The notes beneath the pieces are model-generated. The model ran no database searches. It saw only the letters and a list, made by a program, of their open reading frames with translations, and was not told the origin of the DNA. Shown in pieces: positions 1 through 14,150 of a DNA stretch of 64,000 nt. Position numbers and translations under genes: made by a program. How positions within the stretch are numbered: the first letter of the stretch is position 1; each line of letters opens with the position of its first letter. The DNA is from Eledone cirrhosa (taxonomy: Eukaryota): contig OZ024741.1 in NCBI GenBank assembly GCA_964016885.1, forward strand, positions 191,146,001-191,210,000, in the 5' to 3' direction.

Positions 1-284
1 GAGAGAGAGAGAGAGAGAGAGAGAATTTTCTGAAAGCAAGAGAAGATCTACATCCTTTAGTTGATCTTTCAGAATCCAACTGAGAACTGAGTTTTATCTG
101 TTTCAATATCTCTAGTTTTTATGTGACTTAGAAGTTATTTATGTGTGAACTCAACCTCAGGGGTCATGTGTCAAGCATCAGGGGTTCATGTAACTTGGTT
201 TTACAAGTCCACTGGAAGCAGTATCACCAATTATATATAAACATGTATCATCTTTCATATGGTTGAGCTTAGTTCCTTTTAAGC

Positions 285-632
285 TATTGTAACCATGGCT
301 GAGGTTTGTTTTGCAATCATTACATTCTGGGTTCGATCCTACTGTGTAGTATCTTGGGCAAGTGTCATTTATCATAGACTGGTGTTAACTTGTGCATTGT
401 GAGTGAAATTGGTGTAAATGGAAACTGTTTGGAAACCCATCTGATGGAATGTAGTTGTAATTAAAAGGGCCAGCTTTGTCACACACTGTGTTATGCTGAA
501 TCTCCATGAGATTTACATTAAGAGTACACGTGCCAGTGGAATATTCAGCCACTTACGTGTTAATTTGATGAGCAGGCTATTCTGTCGATCACATTACTGG
601 AACTCTCATTGTTGAAACCAATGAAGCTCCAT
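285..632 (+). mobile_element. degenerate tRNA-derived SINE (octopus-type, second family)
   Basis: B-box-like GGTTCGATCC at ~330 followed by 'cttgggcaagtgtc...gtgagtg...tggt...ggaaactg' body; family recognised from memory, boundaries approximate. Confidence 0.55.
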
Positions 633-945
633 TCCATTTCTTATATAAATATTTCGGAAATAAAACTGGAGATATGGAAATTTCTAATGGCTATGTAGAT
701 AGGGTATTTAACTACAGTTAATAGATCTTGAGTTCAAACCCACAACAGGTACTTTTATCTATATTTGCACTGTACACTTCATTGTAAATATTTCAGTTTT
801 CACAGCTATATACAGCAATACATAGGTGACAGGGTTAGACCCACTATGGGTGTTTTGGTGTATGCTTGGGCTATGTAGTTCATTTTAAATACTTCAATTT
901 TCTCAGTTATATATAGCAATATATAGGTAATAGGTTCAAATTGTG

Positions 946-2072
946 TCATCATCATCATCATCATCATCAGCGTTTAACGTCCGTGTTCCACGCTTGCATG
1001 GGTTTGGACGGGGGTTTTCCCACTTGAGGCAAGAGTGATTGTCTTGCTCGCATAGGACTGTCTGGCAGGTTTTCTACAGTTGGATGCCCTTCCTAACACC
1101 AACCACATTTACAGTGTGGGTCTGGGAGGTTTTTACCGTGTTGCCTACACGGCCACATTACAGCGTGGACTGTGTGTTTTTTTGTCGTGACACCTACACG
1201 ATCTCATTTGTTTCGGCCTGGATGGTGTGGTACCAACATAACTTTACATAGAAGGGGGCGGTGTGGATGGGGTGGGGGTGGTGGGACGGGGGTGTATTTT
1301 GTTAGAGATGCCTACTGACTGTAGTAGGTTTTACTATGTATTTAGGCAAGGCGGGTCTTCTCTATTACTGAGTACCGCCAAAGGTCTCGGTCCAGTGACA
1401 TTGTCTTGGAGAGGTGTAAGTGTGTGAGGTCGGAGTTTATCAGCTCGTCCCAGGTTTTTCTAGGTCTGCCTATTCCGTGGCTACCGTCTATCTTTATTGC
1501 CCTGCACTTTGTTATACAGCTATCGACTTTCATGCGTATCACGTGTCCATACCAACGTAGCCTTCTCTCGAGTAAACAACATCTGATCCCTCTTATTTCT
1601 AATTTTTTCCTTAGTTCATTTATGCTTTGCCGTTCACGTATATTACTATTACACATCCAGCGGAGCATGCAAGCTTCGTTCCTCTCTAGTCTGCGTATAT
1701 CCTCTGCACACAATGCCCAGGTCTCACTGCCATGCAACATTGCTGTTCGTATGCAGGCATCATACAACCTGCCTTTCATTTTTAAGGAGAACCCTTTAGC
1801 GGCTAATAGTGGTATAAGCTCTCTGAACTTTTTCCATCCAGTTCTGACTCTAGCTACTGTACTTTCAGAGCACCCTCCCCCACTGCTGATTTTGTCACCC
1901 AGGTAACGGAAGCTGTCCACTATTTCTATAGAGCCCTCTGCGCAGTTGAAAGAGCTAGTATTTTGTGGGCACTTGCTGCTACTTATTGCACCAGAGCACT
2001 GGCCACATGTGAAATCTATGTTCTTAGTTAGCTTACCTGTGATCCCACTACATCTTTTATGCACCCAGTGTG
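946..2072 (-). mobile_element. 5'-truncated RTE-clade LINE (family A): end of PHD-like insert, thumb/C-terminus, 3' UTR, (GAT)n tail
   Basis: ORF 1342-2097 (WVHKRCSGI, FRYLGD, MLHGSETW, RLRWYGHV, GRPRKTW); 3' UTR motif ggatgcccttcctaac shared with other copies; (CAT)n at 946-969. Confidence 0.9.
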
Positions 2073-4239
2073 TATAAGATATTAATAAATGATACATTTT
2101 CTTTTTTCTAATGTGCAGTAATACTAATACATCAATTTGCTGCTGAAATTTAGTTAGAAGTTACAAGATATTCTAATGTCTAAAATTAGAAGATATTCTA
2201 ATCTCTAAAGTTAGAAAATATTCAGTTATTCCTATTAAGTTCATATTTTTTATTGGTGTTGTTATTTCAAATCTGTAAGGAACTTTGTGGTTCAGACTAC
2301 AACAGACATTTCGGTGTATATTTGGACTAAGTAATTCATTTTAAATTCTTCAATACCATGAAGAGGTTCACCAGCATTGTATTGAAGAGGAAGGGGTATA
2401 TGACCATGACTAGCTCAGATAGATAACATGAAGAGTCACAGTTCACCATAGTAGACAGCAATATAATTAATTACTTTCTTATCTGGTTTCAGCCATTGAG
2501 CTAAGGTCATGCTGGGGCACTAGCATCATTTAAAAAAAATGCAGAACAGTTCATGAATTATCATGTTATTGTTGTACAGGCATCATCCTAATAGTGTCTG
2601 TCTTTGAGAATATTCACTGCTAAAGCTGAGGCAGCTAATCAACACATTATGTTTATAAAGCATAGCTTTGAGATTCTCATGAGTGGAGAATATATTTATG
2701 AAGTTTTAAAATTTTGATAATTAAAATGTTTTAAGTGTCATTTAGAGTATAGTTTTTGTTTCACAATTCCATTATATAATGATTTTTTACCATTTCATTT
2801 TGTAAAATTTTAACAAGTTTCACAAACTTTTGTTTACTTCCAGCTATCATGCTGGGAGTATTTTGCTTCTTTCTTTTTTTTTTAGCAGACAACAATTGTG
2901 CCATATCCTGAATGTAACAGATTTTTATTTAATATACACAATGAATGAAATGTGTGCCTTAAAAAATGAGAACTAATTTAATGTCATACAAATATTAAAG
3001 CTTTAAGTAGATTTTTTATAATTACCTAGATCTTGCACCAGCATTAATAAAAAAATTCCATATTCAACACTGGTATAATTTTGAAAAAAAAAATGTTTTT
3101 TTTTTTATTAGTTCATTAGTACACACAGTTCAATTCATTTAAAAACATTTAAACTGGCTAAAGCTTTTAAATCAGCCAGATTATTAGTCTATCATTTTAC
3201 CCCATAGAGATATATTTCGAGTTTAAGATATTATTTAAAAAACGAAAAGATCTTTAACTATTAAAAATACTAAGGGAAGATCAAAACTATGTGCAAGGAG
3301 TACATTTAATAGGGAATAGTTGAAAAACTGAAATCAACTAAGAGAACATTATATAAGGATTCAAAGCAAGAGAGAGAGGAGAGGCAGAGCTAGAAAACAT
3401 GAGAGAAGGGAGAGAGTGTGAGAGCAATAACATACAAGACAGAAGTAAGATTGAAAGAAAAAGTATAATTAAGTCACAGAGAAAAACAGTCTGCACACAT
3501 GTGTGTACGCATGTGGATACATATATGTGTAGGGAATATTTATGTATTAAAAAGTGTAAATTATAAAAAAATTGTTGGGAATGTTCTCAAGAGAATGAAT
3601 AAATAACATTTGTGATGATGTAGTAAATGTAGAAAAATAGTGTTTCATTGTAAAATAATCACTCTAAATATTTTAGTACTTTATTTACGTAGAATTTGAA
3701 GTTGGGGAAATCGTCAAAATATTGACCTTTACATAAGCCAACACCCCATTTTACCAATGATTTTTTTTTTTATCACAGGTTTCTCAACTTATATACGAGA
3801 ATGTAGTAAATAATTATATAATTTCGTGAAGAGTTTATATGGTAGAGTTAATAAGGTGCTGGAAAATAGCTGAGAGGTCATTTGGTTCTAGTTTTATCTG
3901 TATCTGTTCACAGGTGAACTGACCATTAAATTGTTCAGTCCATCGAGCTCTTAACCTTTCGTTACTATCTAACTAGGAGTGCAGGACTGTGTCCCTTTTA
4001 TATTTGTTTATCCCGTTAGTAAAATAAAATGGATTACTTTCAATAAATAATGAATGAATATTATATAATTTATGTACTAAATTATGTAACTCTTGGTTAA
4101 ACATAAATAATTTTATTGCCTATTTCAAGATTCACTTTTTTTTTAAGTTTCAAATTTTAGCACTTCCAGTATATCACCATCACCTTTACTCCATCTGCAA
4201 TATATATAGACAGAGCGACAGATAGACAGAGTGACTATA

Positions 4240-4242
<3 letters not shown>

Positions 4243-4328
<86 letters not shown>
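4243..4328. repeat. compound (TA)n(GA)n microsatellite
   Basis: directly visible. Confidence 0.95.
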
Positions 4329-4334
<6 letters not shown>

Positions 4335-4639
4335 TGAAGAGATTAGGATTTTTTCAACATGCTGACGTGTATGTGTGTGTACATGCATATACATACATTT
4401 ATATGTATGAGTATATAACTATAATTGCGCAAACACAGACACTTACAAAAATATACACTTACACAAATGCATTTACACAAATGCACATACTTTCACACAA
4501 ACAGATACATACATTTACACAAACATATACATACATTTAGACAAACACATACATACATTTACACAAACACATGCATACACATACAATCATGATAGCAGCG
4601 TTCGATAAGTTGGAAATGGGAGGGTAAAATGAAGTATAA

Positions 4640-5470
4640 CTTTTTATTTATTTATTAACAATGCAGTTTAGCTCTTTCTTTTTTAAAAAACTCATTTGCT
4701 ATTACAGGTTTTATTCTTAGTTGTATAAAAAATTGTAACAATATAATGGTTCCAGAACGAAAACACAACCAAATATAATACATACAAAGGAAAAGGAAAT
4801 AAAAAAGAAAGAAAAAACACACAAGCAGGTAATACACACATTTAGGACTGCATACAAACTCAATCAGGTAATACACACATCTAGGACCACATACAATACA
4901 CAAGCAGGTAATACATACATCTAGGATCACATACAACAAAAGGCAGGTGAAAGGGGTGGGCAAACAAATTGCTGCCAGAGCAAAAGATAACAATATCGCG
5001 AGCAGCACTGGGAAACCTCTCTAATAATTTTTGAGGCAAGCCAGCATGCTCGCAGCGTTACCTCGTGTTATGGTGAGGCTGGAGTGCTGGAACAACCAAG
5101 CACCCTCACAACCATCACCAGTTACCTTGGTTAGGCCAGCCACCAGTGAAGATAAGAACCTCATGGTCATTAGCCCGATCCCCTCAAATGTCTCGAATGC
5201 CACAGGCTGGAAAATGTAGTTGGCCAACAGATCACAGTATTTTAGGATTTTATTCCATTCAGCTGCGGATGCTGTAGCTCTCACCCTTACCGCTGCATCC
5301 AGGATGTGGGAAGAAGCAAAAGAGTCACTAACTGTGACGTCCCAGATAAGGCACCTGCCTCTTGTCCAAGGGCAGAGGGTAAGACTGTCAAGTTGTTTCC
5401 CATCAATCCAGGACAACCCAGACGGTTCTAAAATTGAGGGGATGTTTGCCCAGGCCAAAGGTCTTAAGTG
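4640..5470 (-). mobile_element. 3' fragment of a CRE-like non-LTR element (restriction-like endonuclease domain) with tandemly repeated 3' UTR
   Basis: ORF 5021-5458: EPSGL..DGKQLDSLTLCPWTRGRCLIWDVTV.D..., K..KY, PVAFETF, RGNA, matching the decayed PD..D RLE C-terminus; about three ~39-bp repeats 'caggtaatacacacatctagga' at 4820-4935. Confidence 0.7.
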
Positions 5471-5669
5471 GTAATAGGGCAGTGTGTGTTTATACGCGTG
5501 TGTGAGTTTATCGGCCTTCTTAAATTAGAGACGCGTGTGTGTCACCGTTTTTAAGTTAGAGACATATATGTATGTTTGTATCCCCTTTCTTCCTTTTACA
5601 CACACATACATTCACACAAACACACACACATTGTGTGATGGACGGATGGACAGAAGTTCCTCACATTTA

Positions 5670-6320
5670 TATACATGTGAATGGAGTTCTACTGAAGCAG
5701 GTAGGGAAGTTCAAGTATCTCTGGGCCATGTTCATGAGTAATGGAAGGCAAGAGGCTGAATTAAGTGCAAGAATTACAAAAGCTGATGCAGTAATGCACC
5801 AACTTCAGCATTCAGTAATCATAAGAAGGGAGGTATGTGTAAAAGCCAAACTCGCTGTCTTCCTGGTATTCCTGCCAACCTTTACCGAGGGTCATGAATC
5901 TTGGGTAATGACCAAAAGAATACAATTGCAAATACAAGCAGCCGAAATGGGGTTCCTCCGAAGGGTCTTTAGAGTAATGTTACTTGATAGATTGCATAGC
6001 TCGGAGATCAGAGAGTCACTCCTGGTAGAGCTGCTGCTTCTCCAAATTAAGAGATCACAGCTCTGATATTATGGGTATGTGGTTAGAAAGTCTCAGGAAA
6101 GAATTGCTGGACAGATTTTACAGGCAAAAGCAACTGGCAAGAGACCCAGATGTAGACCCTGAGCAAGAAGGTTGGATAACATCCATGAGCTTGGCTGGTC
6201 TCGCTTTGGGATCCAGCTGCATCAGTTAGATGTTTGCTTCTGACAGGAACAGCTGAAAGGAGTGTTTGAGGAGGATTCTGCCCCAACAACCCTCTCCGAA
6301 ATAAGTGGGCGAAAAAGAAG
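5670..6320 (+). mobile_element. 3' fragment of Expander/Rex3-like RTE LINE (family C)
   Basis: ORF 5572-6066: LKQVGKFKYL, GHESWVMT, AAEMGFLRRV, SSEIRESL; same family as 14150-17330 and 45905-46095. Confidence 0.8.
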
Positions 6321-6911
6321 ATATTGTCAATTTACTTTTCAATTTACATATCATATCTATATGCATATATATGTGCGGTTAATACCAATATGCACACTAC
6401 ATCTGCTACCAGAAAACTACCCAAGGGGCGGTTCTTCTGCTAGTATTTCTAATGAAATAAACCATGTATATTTTTAAAATTAATTTTGTGAATATTCAAC
6501 AGTATGAAGTGATTTAGTAAAATAACTAACCACATTATTAAGCTGGTGTTTAGAACATAGCTTAACAAATATATTCTTCCATAAAGTTATTATTTTTAAA
6601 AAATTTAAATAGGAAAAGTTTATAACGAGATGTTTGTCATTATAGAATTGAGGCATATTTTTGGTGGGTTGGTATCTAAAGGGTTAATAGATACCACATC
6701 TTTATAACTTTAACAAATGTTTCATTAACTTACAATGCTCAGTTCAGCTCTTTTAGTAGGTATGGTTACAATAGGTGCTAGATTTCACTGGTTACATCTA
6801 GAGGTCACTAGTGCCAGTCACCCATTGATTGATATTTCTGACGAGGAAAAGATAAAACAACCAACTAAAAGAAATATATGGCTTCCTTCTTCTCCAGTGT
6901 TCAGAATGAAT

Positions 6912-6924
6912 CATCATTATCATT

Positions 6925-6984
<60 letters not shown>

Positions 6985-7400
6985 GTTTAATGCTCGTTTC
7001 CCATGTTTGCATCGGTTAGACAGGTTGTCATATCAAGAAGCTAGACAGATCAGATAAACATGTGTTCATACGTTTCATTTTGTGCTTCATTTTATATAGC
7101 TGGATGCCCTTCCTAATTCAAACCCCTTTATAATCTGTATTGGGAGTTTTTTTTTATGGCACCAGCATTACTACCTTACAGGGTGGACTGGGTGTTTTTT
7201 GTCATGGCGTCAGCATGACGACTTTACAGGGTGAACTGTGTGCTTTTTGTCATAGCACTAACACTATGACTTTGCAGATTGGACTGGATGCATTATAGGG
7301 TGAACTGGATGTTTGTCATGGCACCAGTACTACCACCTTACATGATGGATTGGATGGTTTTTACCATAGCACCACTTTACAGGGTGGATTGTGTGCATAT
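6912..7400 (-). mobile_element. RTE-A 3' UTR relic with long (GAT)n tail
   Basis: (CAT)n 6912-6983, then cgtttaa..., ggatgcccttcctaa and several degenerate ~40-bp UTR repeats. Confidence 0.7.
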
Positions 7401-8268
7401 TTTCTGAGTAATCTGAAAAATTCAAAATAAAACCAAGATTTTCTCATAAAGCTTTACACCAATATGAAGTTCAATAATGTCCTAATGAACCAGGGGCTTA
7501 CAAGATATTACAGTTCTGGCTTAATAAAACTGGAAATAATTCTTCAAGTAACATCTCATATTTTGTTCTGGATAAACTCATATTTTTTCCTTGAACATAG
7601 TTTGGTACTCCTCTTTAGGACTTTACAGAAATAACATAGATAATTCTTGCCCCCCTTTAAAAGTGCACCCTATTTGAAACTTCCTTTCTGCTTCTATGAA
7701 TGAATACCAATTATTAATCATCACCAATTCCAGTCAAATATCAACTGAAATACAAGCATCATGGTATTAACTGATGTTGCTGTCTCCATTTCACTTCACA
7801 AGAATATAGTTTATAATATCTGTCCTCCCCTCTTTTTTCTTCTTGTCACACCCTCTCTATCTCTCTTTATCTCTATCTTCCTCTCTCATTGTCGTATTCC
7901 CCTTTCTCTCTTTCTCTAACTCTCTCTCTTCCCACTTTCTCTTTAAATCTACAAACATACCACTTATTTGATGTTGTTATTGATGTTTTTTAGCTCTAGG
8001 TCAGCCTAGATACAGGAGACCAAATTATTTAATGCGTCTTTCCTTTTTAAGACTGTAGGGTGTGATTTGAGGGAGATTTTGCTACCATTCATAGTAGGTT
8101 GAGTGACTTATACATATATGAGTTTTGCTATTAATAAAGATTCCATTGGTACTCTTCTCATTTTTTGTAGAATTCTATATAAAATTGTTGTCAACTAATG
8201 TTAACTAATAATAGCAAAAGACAAACCTAAAATCAACATACAGCTACAGCACATGTAAAATTAAATAA

Positions 8269-8454
8269 TTGTTTCTACTTTAGGCACAAGGCCAGCAATT
8301 ACCCAGTGCATTACTGATACTTTATTTTATCGACCCCGTAAGGATGAAAGGCAAAGTCAACCTCGGCGGGATTTGAACTCAGATCGTAAAGGGTCGTAAC
8401 TATGCTGGAAAGCATGGCGTCCGACTCTCTACCGATACTGCCAATCCACCGCCC
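8269..8454 (-). mobile_element. tRNA-derived SINE, full length, 16-bp TSD
   Basis: GAGTTCAAATCC B-box on the minus strand; ATGTAAAATTAAATAA at 8253-8268 and 8455-8470; several further copies in the window. Confidence 0.9.
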
Positions 8455-9139
8455 ATGTAAAATTAAATAATATATCAGGTTTTAAACATTGAATACTTTT
8501 AAAGCCCAGTATTGAGGATTTTACTAATAATCCTATGGTCCTTTGTGAGCTTCTGCAAAATGCATGAACTCCCCATTACTACTATCATATTTATTTTGAT
8601 GATGAGGCTGAGAAAGGCTTGAAACATTAATGGACTAATGAATTTTAGAGGGCTTTTGGTACAAACTAAACTTAAGTGACTTATAAGGAAATATATAGTC
8701 CTTAATAAAAATAGATCTTTAATATATGTTTCAAAGAAAAGGTGTTTGGTATACATATATACATATATACATATATTTAACTTAAATCTACCTTGCTAAC
8801 AACAACTCATCTCCAATCGATCCTTTAAGACCTTTACAGGAGTACTCCCTTGATAATGGGTTTTTAACCCCAAAATATTTGGGATCATTAAATTTGGTAA
8901 GGTAAGATTCTATTGTTATCTTGGCAACGTTAATTTTCTAATGCATTGTATGGCTTTTAAAATTATTTAAATTTATACTTCCTATTCAACAATGCTTCAA
9001 GCAAACTACAACACTTTGATATATAAATATATATATGTGTGTGTGTTAAGTATTTCCATAGAAAAAGTAAAGGAAAGAAGTGATCTATGTATAGTACAGG
9101 CTTTTGTACTATACTATGTATAGTACAGCTTTTGACCTT

Positions 9140-11012
9140 CTTCTATGGACATGTGGGACAACTCTCCGATGGCTTTGATGGGATCCATGGGGGTTATGGG
9201 TATGGTCCTAGAAACGAGGAAGGCTTCAGACTACTGGAATTCTATGATGCCAATAACCTATCTATCTGTAATACGAACTTCAGAAAACGAGACAGCCACC
9301 TAATCACATATAGATCAGGTGACCACACCAGCCAAATTGATTTCATTATTACTAGAAGACGAGACAGAATGACTGTTAGGAACACAAAGTCCCTCCCCAG
9401 TGAAGAATGCACCTCCCAACATAAACTAGTAGTTAGCGACCTTATATTCAGGGCTAGGAGTAGATGAGTGGCTTGTGAGGGTAGTACAAGCAATGTATAG
9501 AAGAACAGCCAGCAAGGTCAAAATTAACAATGATTATGGCGAAGAAATTAGTGTGCAGGTTGCTGTCCATCAGGGCTTTGTTCTTAGACCTCTTCTGTTT
9601 ATCATCGTTCTGCAGGCAATAACAGAGGAGTTTAAGACTAGCCGCCCATGGGAACTTCTGTATGCTGATGATCTAACCCTTATAGCCAAATTTGTAGCTG
9701 AACTAGAGATGAAATTCCAAACCTGGAAGCAAGGCCTAGAATTGAAAGGTCTTAAAATCAACCTGGCAAAGACTAAAGTCCTAGTAAGTAGTAGGGATAA
9801 CAGGGCACAGGTCACCTCGGGGAAATGGCCCTGCTCAGTGTGCAGAAAAAGAGTAGGCAGTAATTCCATTCTATGTATCAAATGCAAGCAATGGGTACAC
9901 AAGAGATGTAGTGGGATCTTAGGCAGGCTAAGAAAGATTGTAGGTTTCACTTGTGACAGGTGTACAGGGGCAGTAAGTAGCAAGAACCCTCAGGATAGAA
10001 CCGGCTTCAAATGCTCAGATGGCTTAGTTGGAGTGGTAGATAGTTTCTGTTACCTGGGTGACCAAATCAGTAGTGGGGGGTGGGGTGGGGTGGGGGGTTG
10101 GGGGGGGGGGGTGTTCTGAAAGCACAATAACCAGAGTAAGATTGGGTTGGAGAAAGTTCAGGGAGCTACTACCGATCCTAGATACAAAAGGTTTTTCTCT
10201 CAAAATGAAAGGCAGACTATATGATGCATGTATACAAACAACAATGTTGCACGGCAGCGAGACCTGGGCACTGTGTGCTGAGGACCTGTGAAGATTGAAA
10301 AGAAATGAAGCCTCCATGCTTCACTGGTTGTGCAATAGCAATATTTGTGAACGGCAAAGTATAACTGTACTGTGTAAGAAATTATGCTTAAGAGGGATCA
10401 CTTGTTGCATGCAGGAGAGGAGATTGCATTGGTATGGACATGTGATGCATATGAAGGATGATAGCTGTATAATAAGGTGCAAAGTGCTCAAAGTCGATGG
10501 TAGCCATGGTGTGGTCAGGCCTAGGAAGACTTATGATGAGGCAATAAAAGCTGACCTTGTACAATTACACCTCTCAAAGGTAACGACTCAGGACCGCGAC
10601 CTCTGGCGCTATGCAGTTTTACGGAAAACCCATCCTCTATTGTTCTCGGGGTGAGGCTTATACCTAGTAAGCAACACCTTCCTCAACCTGCTATCCCCTC
10701 TCATCCACCTCCCTTAGAGGTAAACACACCTCCCCTACTACCCTGTCCACATCTTTTGCCCCCAAGCCCCTCCACCCTCCCTAGTCCCCACTCTGATGTG
10801 TCGGTGACACAACAAAGGTGCCCAGTCCACACTGTAAAGTGATCGTGTAGGTGTCACAACAAAAAGCACCCAGCACACACTGTAAATGTGGTTGGCGTTA
10901 GGAAGGGCATCCAGCCATAGAAAACCAGCCAGAAACTCTCCTATATGAGCGAGACATGGTCACCTGACCCAACTTGCCTCTAAATGGGACAAACCTGTCT
11001 AACCCATGCTAG
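9140..11012 (+). mobile_element. internally deleted RTE-A LINE (APE fragment joined directly to mid-RT)
   Basis: ORF 9087-9467 (RNEEG..LLEF, SQIDFI, QHKLVV); 9475-10119 (HQG..L.PLLF, LLYADD, PHD-like Cys motif); 10295-10654 C-terminus; 3' UTR. Confidence 0.9.
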
Positions 11013-11019
11013 CCATGAT

Positions 11020-14000
11020 GGCTACCTATCTCACAATTTCACTCCCACCCACCCCACTCACTACCATAGGCTTTTCGACAAATCAAACCACAGCAACATA
11101 TCCTCACCCATTACCAGTGCCCACACATTCTGCCATTACTACTACCATCCTTCTAGCCCTGCCCCAAAGAAATTCTTGTTTATTGTTATCTATGGATGAT
11201 CTGAGGATAATGGAACAACCCCAAATACATAAATGAATATGAATCCATGAGTTACCAAGTGTCCATGCAAAGCTTTAATTCAGAGACAGAAAGCAGAGAC
11301 ACTCCCCAGCAAAAATTCACCCTTACCCACAATTGATGGCAAACGTACGAAACTCCGAGTTGGCACCATCAATGTAAGCACAATGAAAGATAGAGCAGGA
11401 GAAATCGTAGAGATGTTAGAACGAAAGGAAATTGTTGTATGTTGTGTGCAAGAGACTAGATGGAAAGCAGAGTCGGCTAGAGTCCTTATAGGCAAAAATC
11501 AGTGGTACAAATTTTTCTGGGTGGGAAATGACAACGAGTAAAGTGGTGTAAGAAAACTATTAGTTGACAAATGGGTAGATAAGGTAATCTCAGGGAACAG
11601 GGTGAATCATTAAACTCAGACTAGTCCTGAATAAAACAATTGCTACAATTATATTAGCTTATGCATGCCAATCTGGGTTGCCAGACGAACTTAAGGATAG
11701 GTTTTACAAGTCCCTAATGCACACTACTGCCCTAACAAATGACAATGACTTCCTAATCATTGCAGGAGATTTCAACGGACACATTGGTAAACACTGTGAC
11801 GGCTTCTATAGATTCCATGGGTTTGGCACAAGGAATGAAGAAGGCTTCAGGCTTCTAGAATTCTGTGACGCCAATGACATGTCGATATGTAACATAAACT
11901 TCAAAAAGCCCAACAACCATCTGATCACCTATAGATCAGGGGAGCATTCTAGTCAGATAGATTTTATCCTTATCAGAGGACAAGATAGATGGATGGTTGT
12001 AAACACAAAAGCCTTCCCTGGTGAGGAATGTACCTCCCAACATAACTTAGTTGTCAGCGACCTCATTGTCAGAACTAGACGAACCTGGAAACAGAAGCCA
12101 ACCTGGAGAAGAAAGATCTGGAAGCTGAAAGACCCCTCAGTCGGTAACAGATTTAAAGATATCTTACTCAACACCTATGACAGTGAAGAAGAACAGATAG
12201 AGGCATTCAATATAGAAGAGCACTGGGAGTTCCTAAAAAATAACTTACTAAAGGCGACAGACAAGATTTGTGGTTGGAGCAAAACCACAGGGAGAAGGAG
12301 AATGCCTTGGTGGTGGGACAATAAGGTAGATAAGGTAATTAAGGCTAAGAGACAAGCATGGAAACAATGGAAGAATGGGGGAAGCAGGGTACATTACAAA
12401 AAGACCAGGGGGGAAACTATGCGACAAGTATACTTAGCTAGAAGGGAAGCGGAGGATAGTAAATTCAAGCATGTTTTGCAGCTTGAGGACCAGAAACAGG
12501 AGGTGTTCAGGATTGCGAGGCAGTGTGTCAGAGAGAATTGTGATGTCATTGGAGAGAAGTGTATCCAGAATGATAAAGGTGAGCTTGCCCTCACAAGTGC
12601 GATTATGAAAGATTACTAAATGAGGAGAATGCATGGGAGAAAGAGACCCTACCCCTTATAGAGGGCCTAGCAATGCAAGTCAGCAGCAGTATAGTAAGTA
12701 AGGAAATTAAAGATATGAAGACTGGGAAGGAAACTGGTCCATCAGGAATAGTTGCAGGGATGCTGAAAGTATCTGGGTTGGTAGGTCACACCATAACCAC
12801 ACGTATTGTTAACCAGGTAATACTAGAGGGTGTCATACCAAAGGATTGGCACAGAAGCATCATTATCAACTGCTACAAGGAAAAAGGAGATGCACTAGAT
12901 AGAGGAAACTATAGAGGTATAAAGCTGATGGATCAGGTTATGAAAGTAACAGAAAGAGTTATAGCACAGCTGATTAGGGACTGGGTAAATCTAGATGAGA
13001 TGCAGTTTGGGTTTGAACCAGGCAAAGGCACCACTGATGCTCTCTTCCTTGTGAGGCAGTTACAGGAAAAGTACCTAGTTAAAAGTAAACCGTTCTACCT
13101 GGCATTTGTCAACCTGGAAAATGCCTTCAACAGAGTGCCCCGTGCTATAATCTGATGGGCTCTTAGAAAATTAGGAGTAGATGAATGGCTTGTCAAGGCT
13201 ATAAAAACATGTATAGAGGAGCAGTCAGCAAAGTTAGGGTTAACAATGATTATAGTGAGGAATTAAGCATCCAAGTCGGTGTCCACCAGCGCTCTGTTAT
13301 TAGCTCACTGTTCTTATCATATTGCAGGCTATAATAGTGGAGTTTAAGAGAGGATGCCCATGGGAACTTCTGTACGCGGATGATCTTACACTTATAGCTG
13401 AATATATGGTGGAACTAGAGAAGAAATTCCAAACATGGAAGCAGGGATTGAAAGAAGGGGCCTCAAAGTCAACTTGACAAAGACTAAGGTCCTCATAAGT
13501 AGGCGAGAAAACAGAACACAGATCCCCTCAGGGAAATGCCTCTGCTCAGTGTGTAGGAAAGGTGTAGGTAGGAATTTCCTCCTCTGCCCCAAATGCAAAC
13601 TATGGGTACACAAGAGATGTAGTGGGATCTCAGGAAGCTTAACTAAGAATGTAGGCTTTACACGTAGCAGTTGCATCTGGACAGTAAGCAGCAGGAAACA
13701 AGCACTACCAAATTCTGGGAGGGCTCTGTAGAAACAGTAGACAGCTTCTGCTACCTAGGTGACCAAATTAGTAGTGGAGGTGGGTGTTCTGAAAATACAG
13801 TAACCAAAGTAAGAACGGCGTGGAAGAAGTTCAGGGAGCTACTGCCACTGCTAACTGTGAAAGGCTTCTCCCTCAAAATGAAAGGCAGACTGTATGATGT
13901 GAGCATATGAACAGCAATGTTACATAGTAGTGAGACCTGGGAGTTGTATGTAGAAGACTTGCGTAGATTAGAAAGAAACAAAGTTTGCATGCTCTGATGG

Positions 14001-14150
14001 ATGTGTAATAGTAATATACGTGAATGGCAAAGCATAAACGAATTAAGAGAAAGACTAAGCATAAGAGGAATCAAATGCTGTGTGCAGGAGAGGTTGCATT
14101 AATATGGACATGTGATGCACAAAAAAGTGCAGAGGACTAAAAGTTGATGG
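11020..14150 (+). mobile_element. near full-length, frameshifted RTE-A LINE lacking its 3' end
   Basis: APE ORF 11678-12619 (GDFNGH, SQIDFI); RT ORF 12673-13155 (NYRGIKL, QFGF.PGKGTTDA); YADD at ~13375; Cys motif 13435-13731. Confidence 0.9.

Noticed and set aside
6835-6860. CTGACGA-G-GAAA as a hammerhead
   Set aside because: No room for stem II and no stem III
8269-8454. tRNA genes at the SINE heads
   Set aside because: Only A/B-box similarity; no cloverleaf; multi-copy with TSDs
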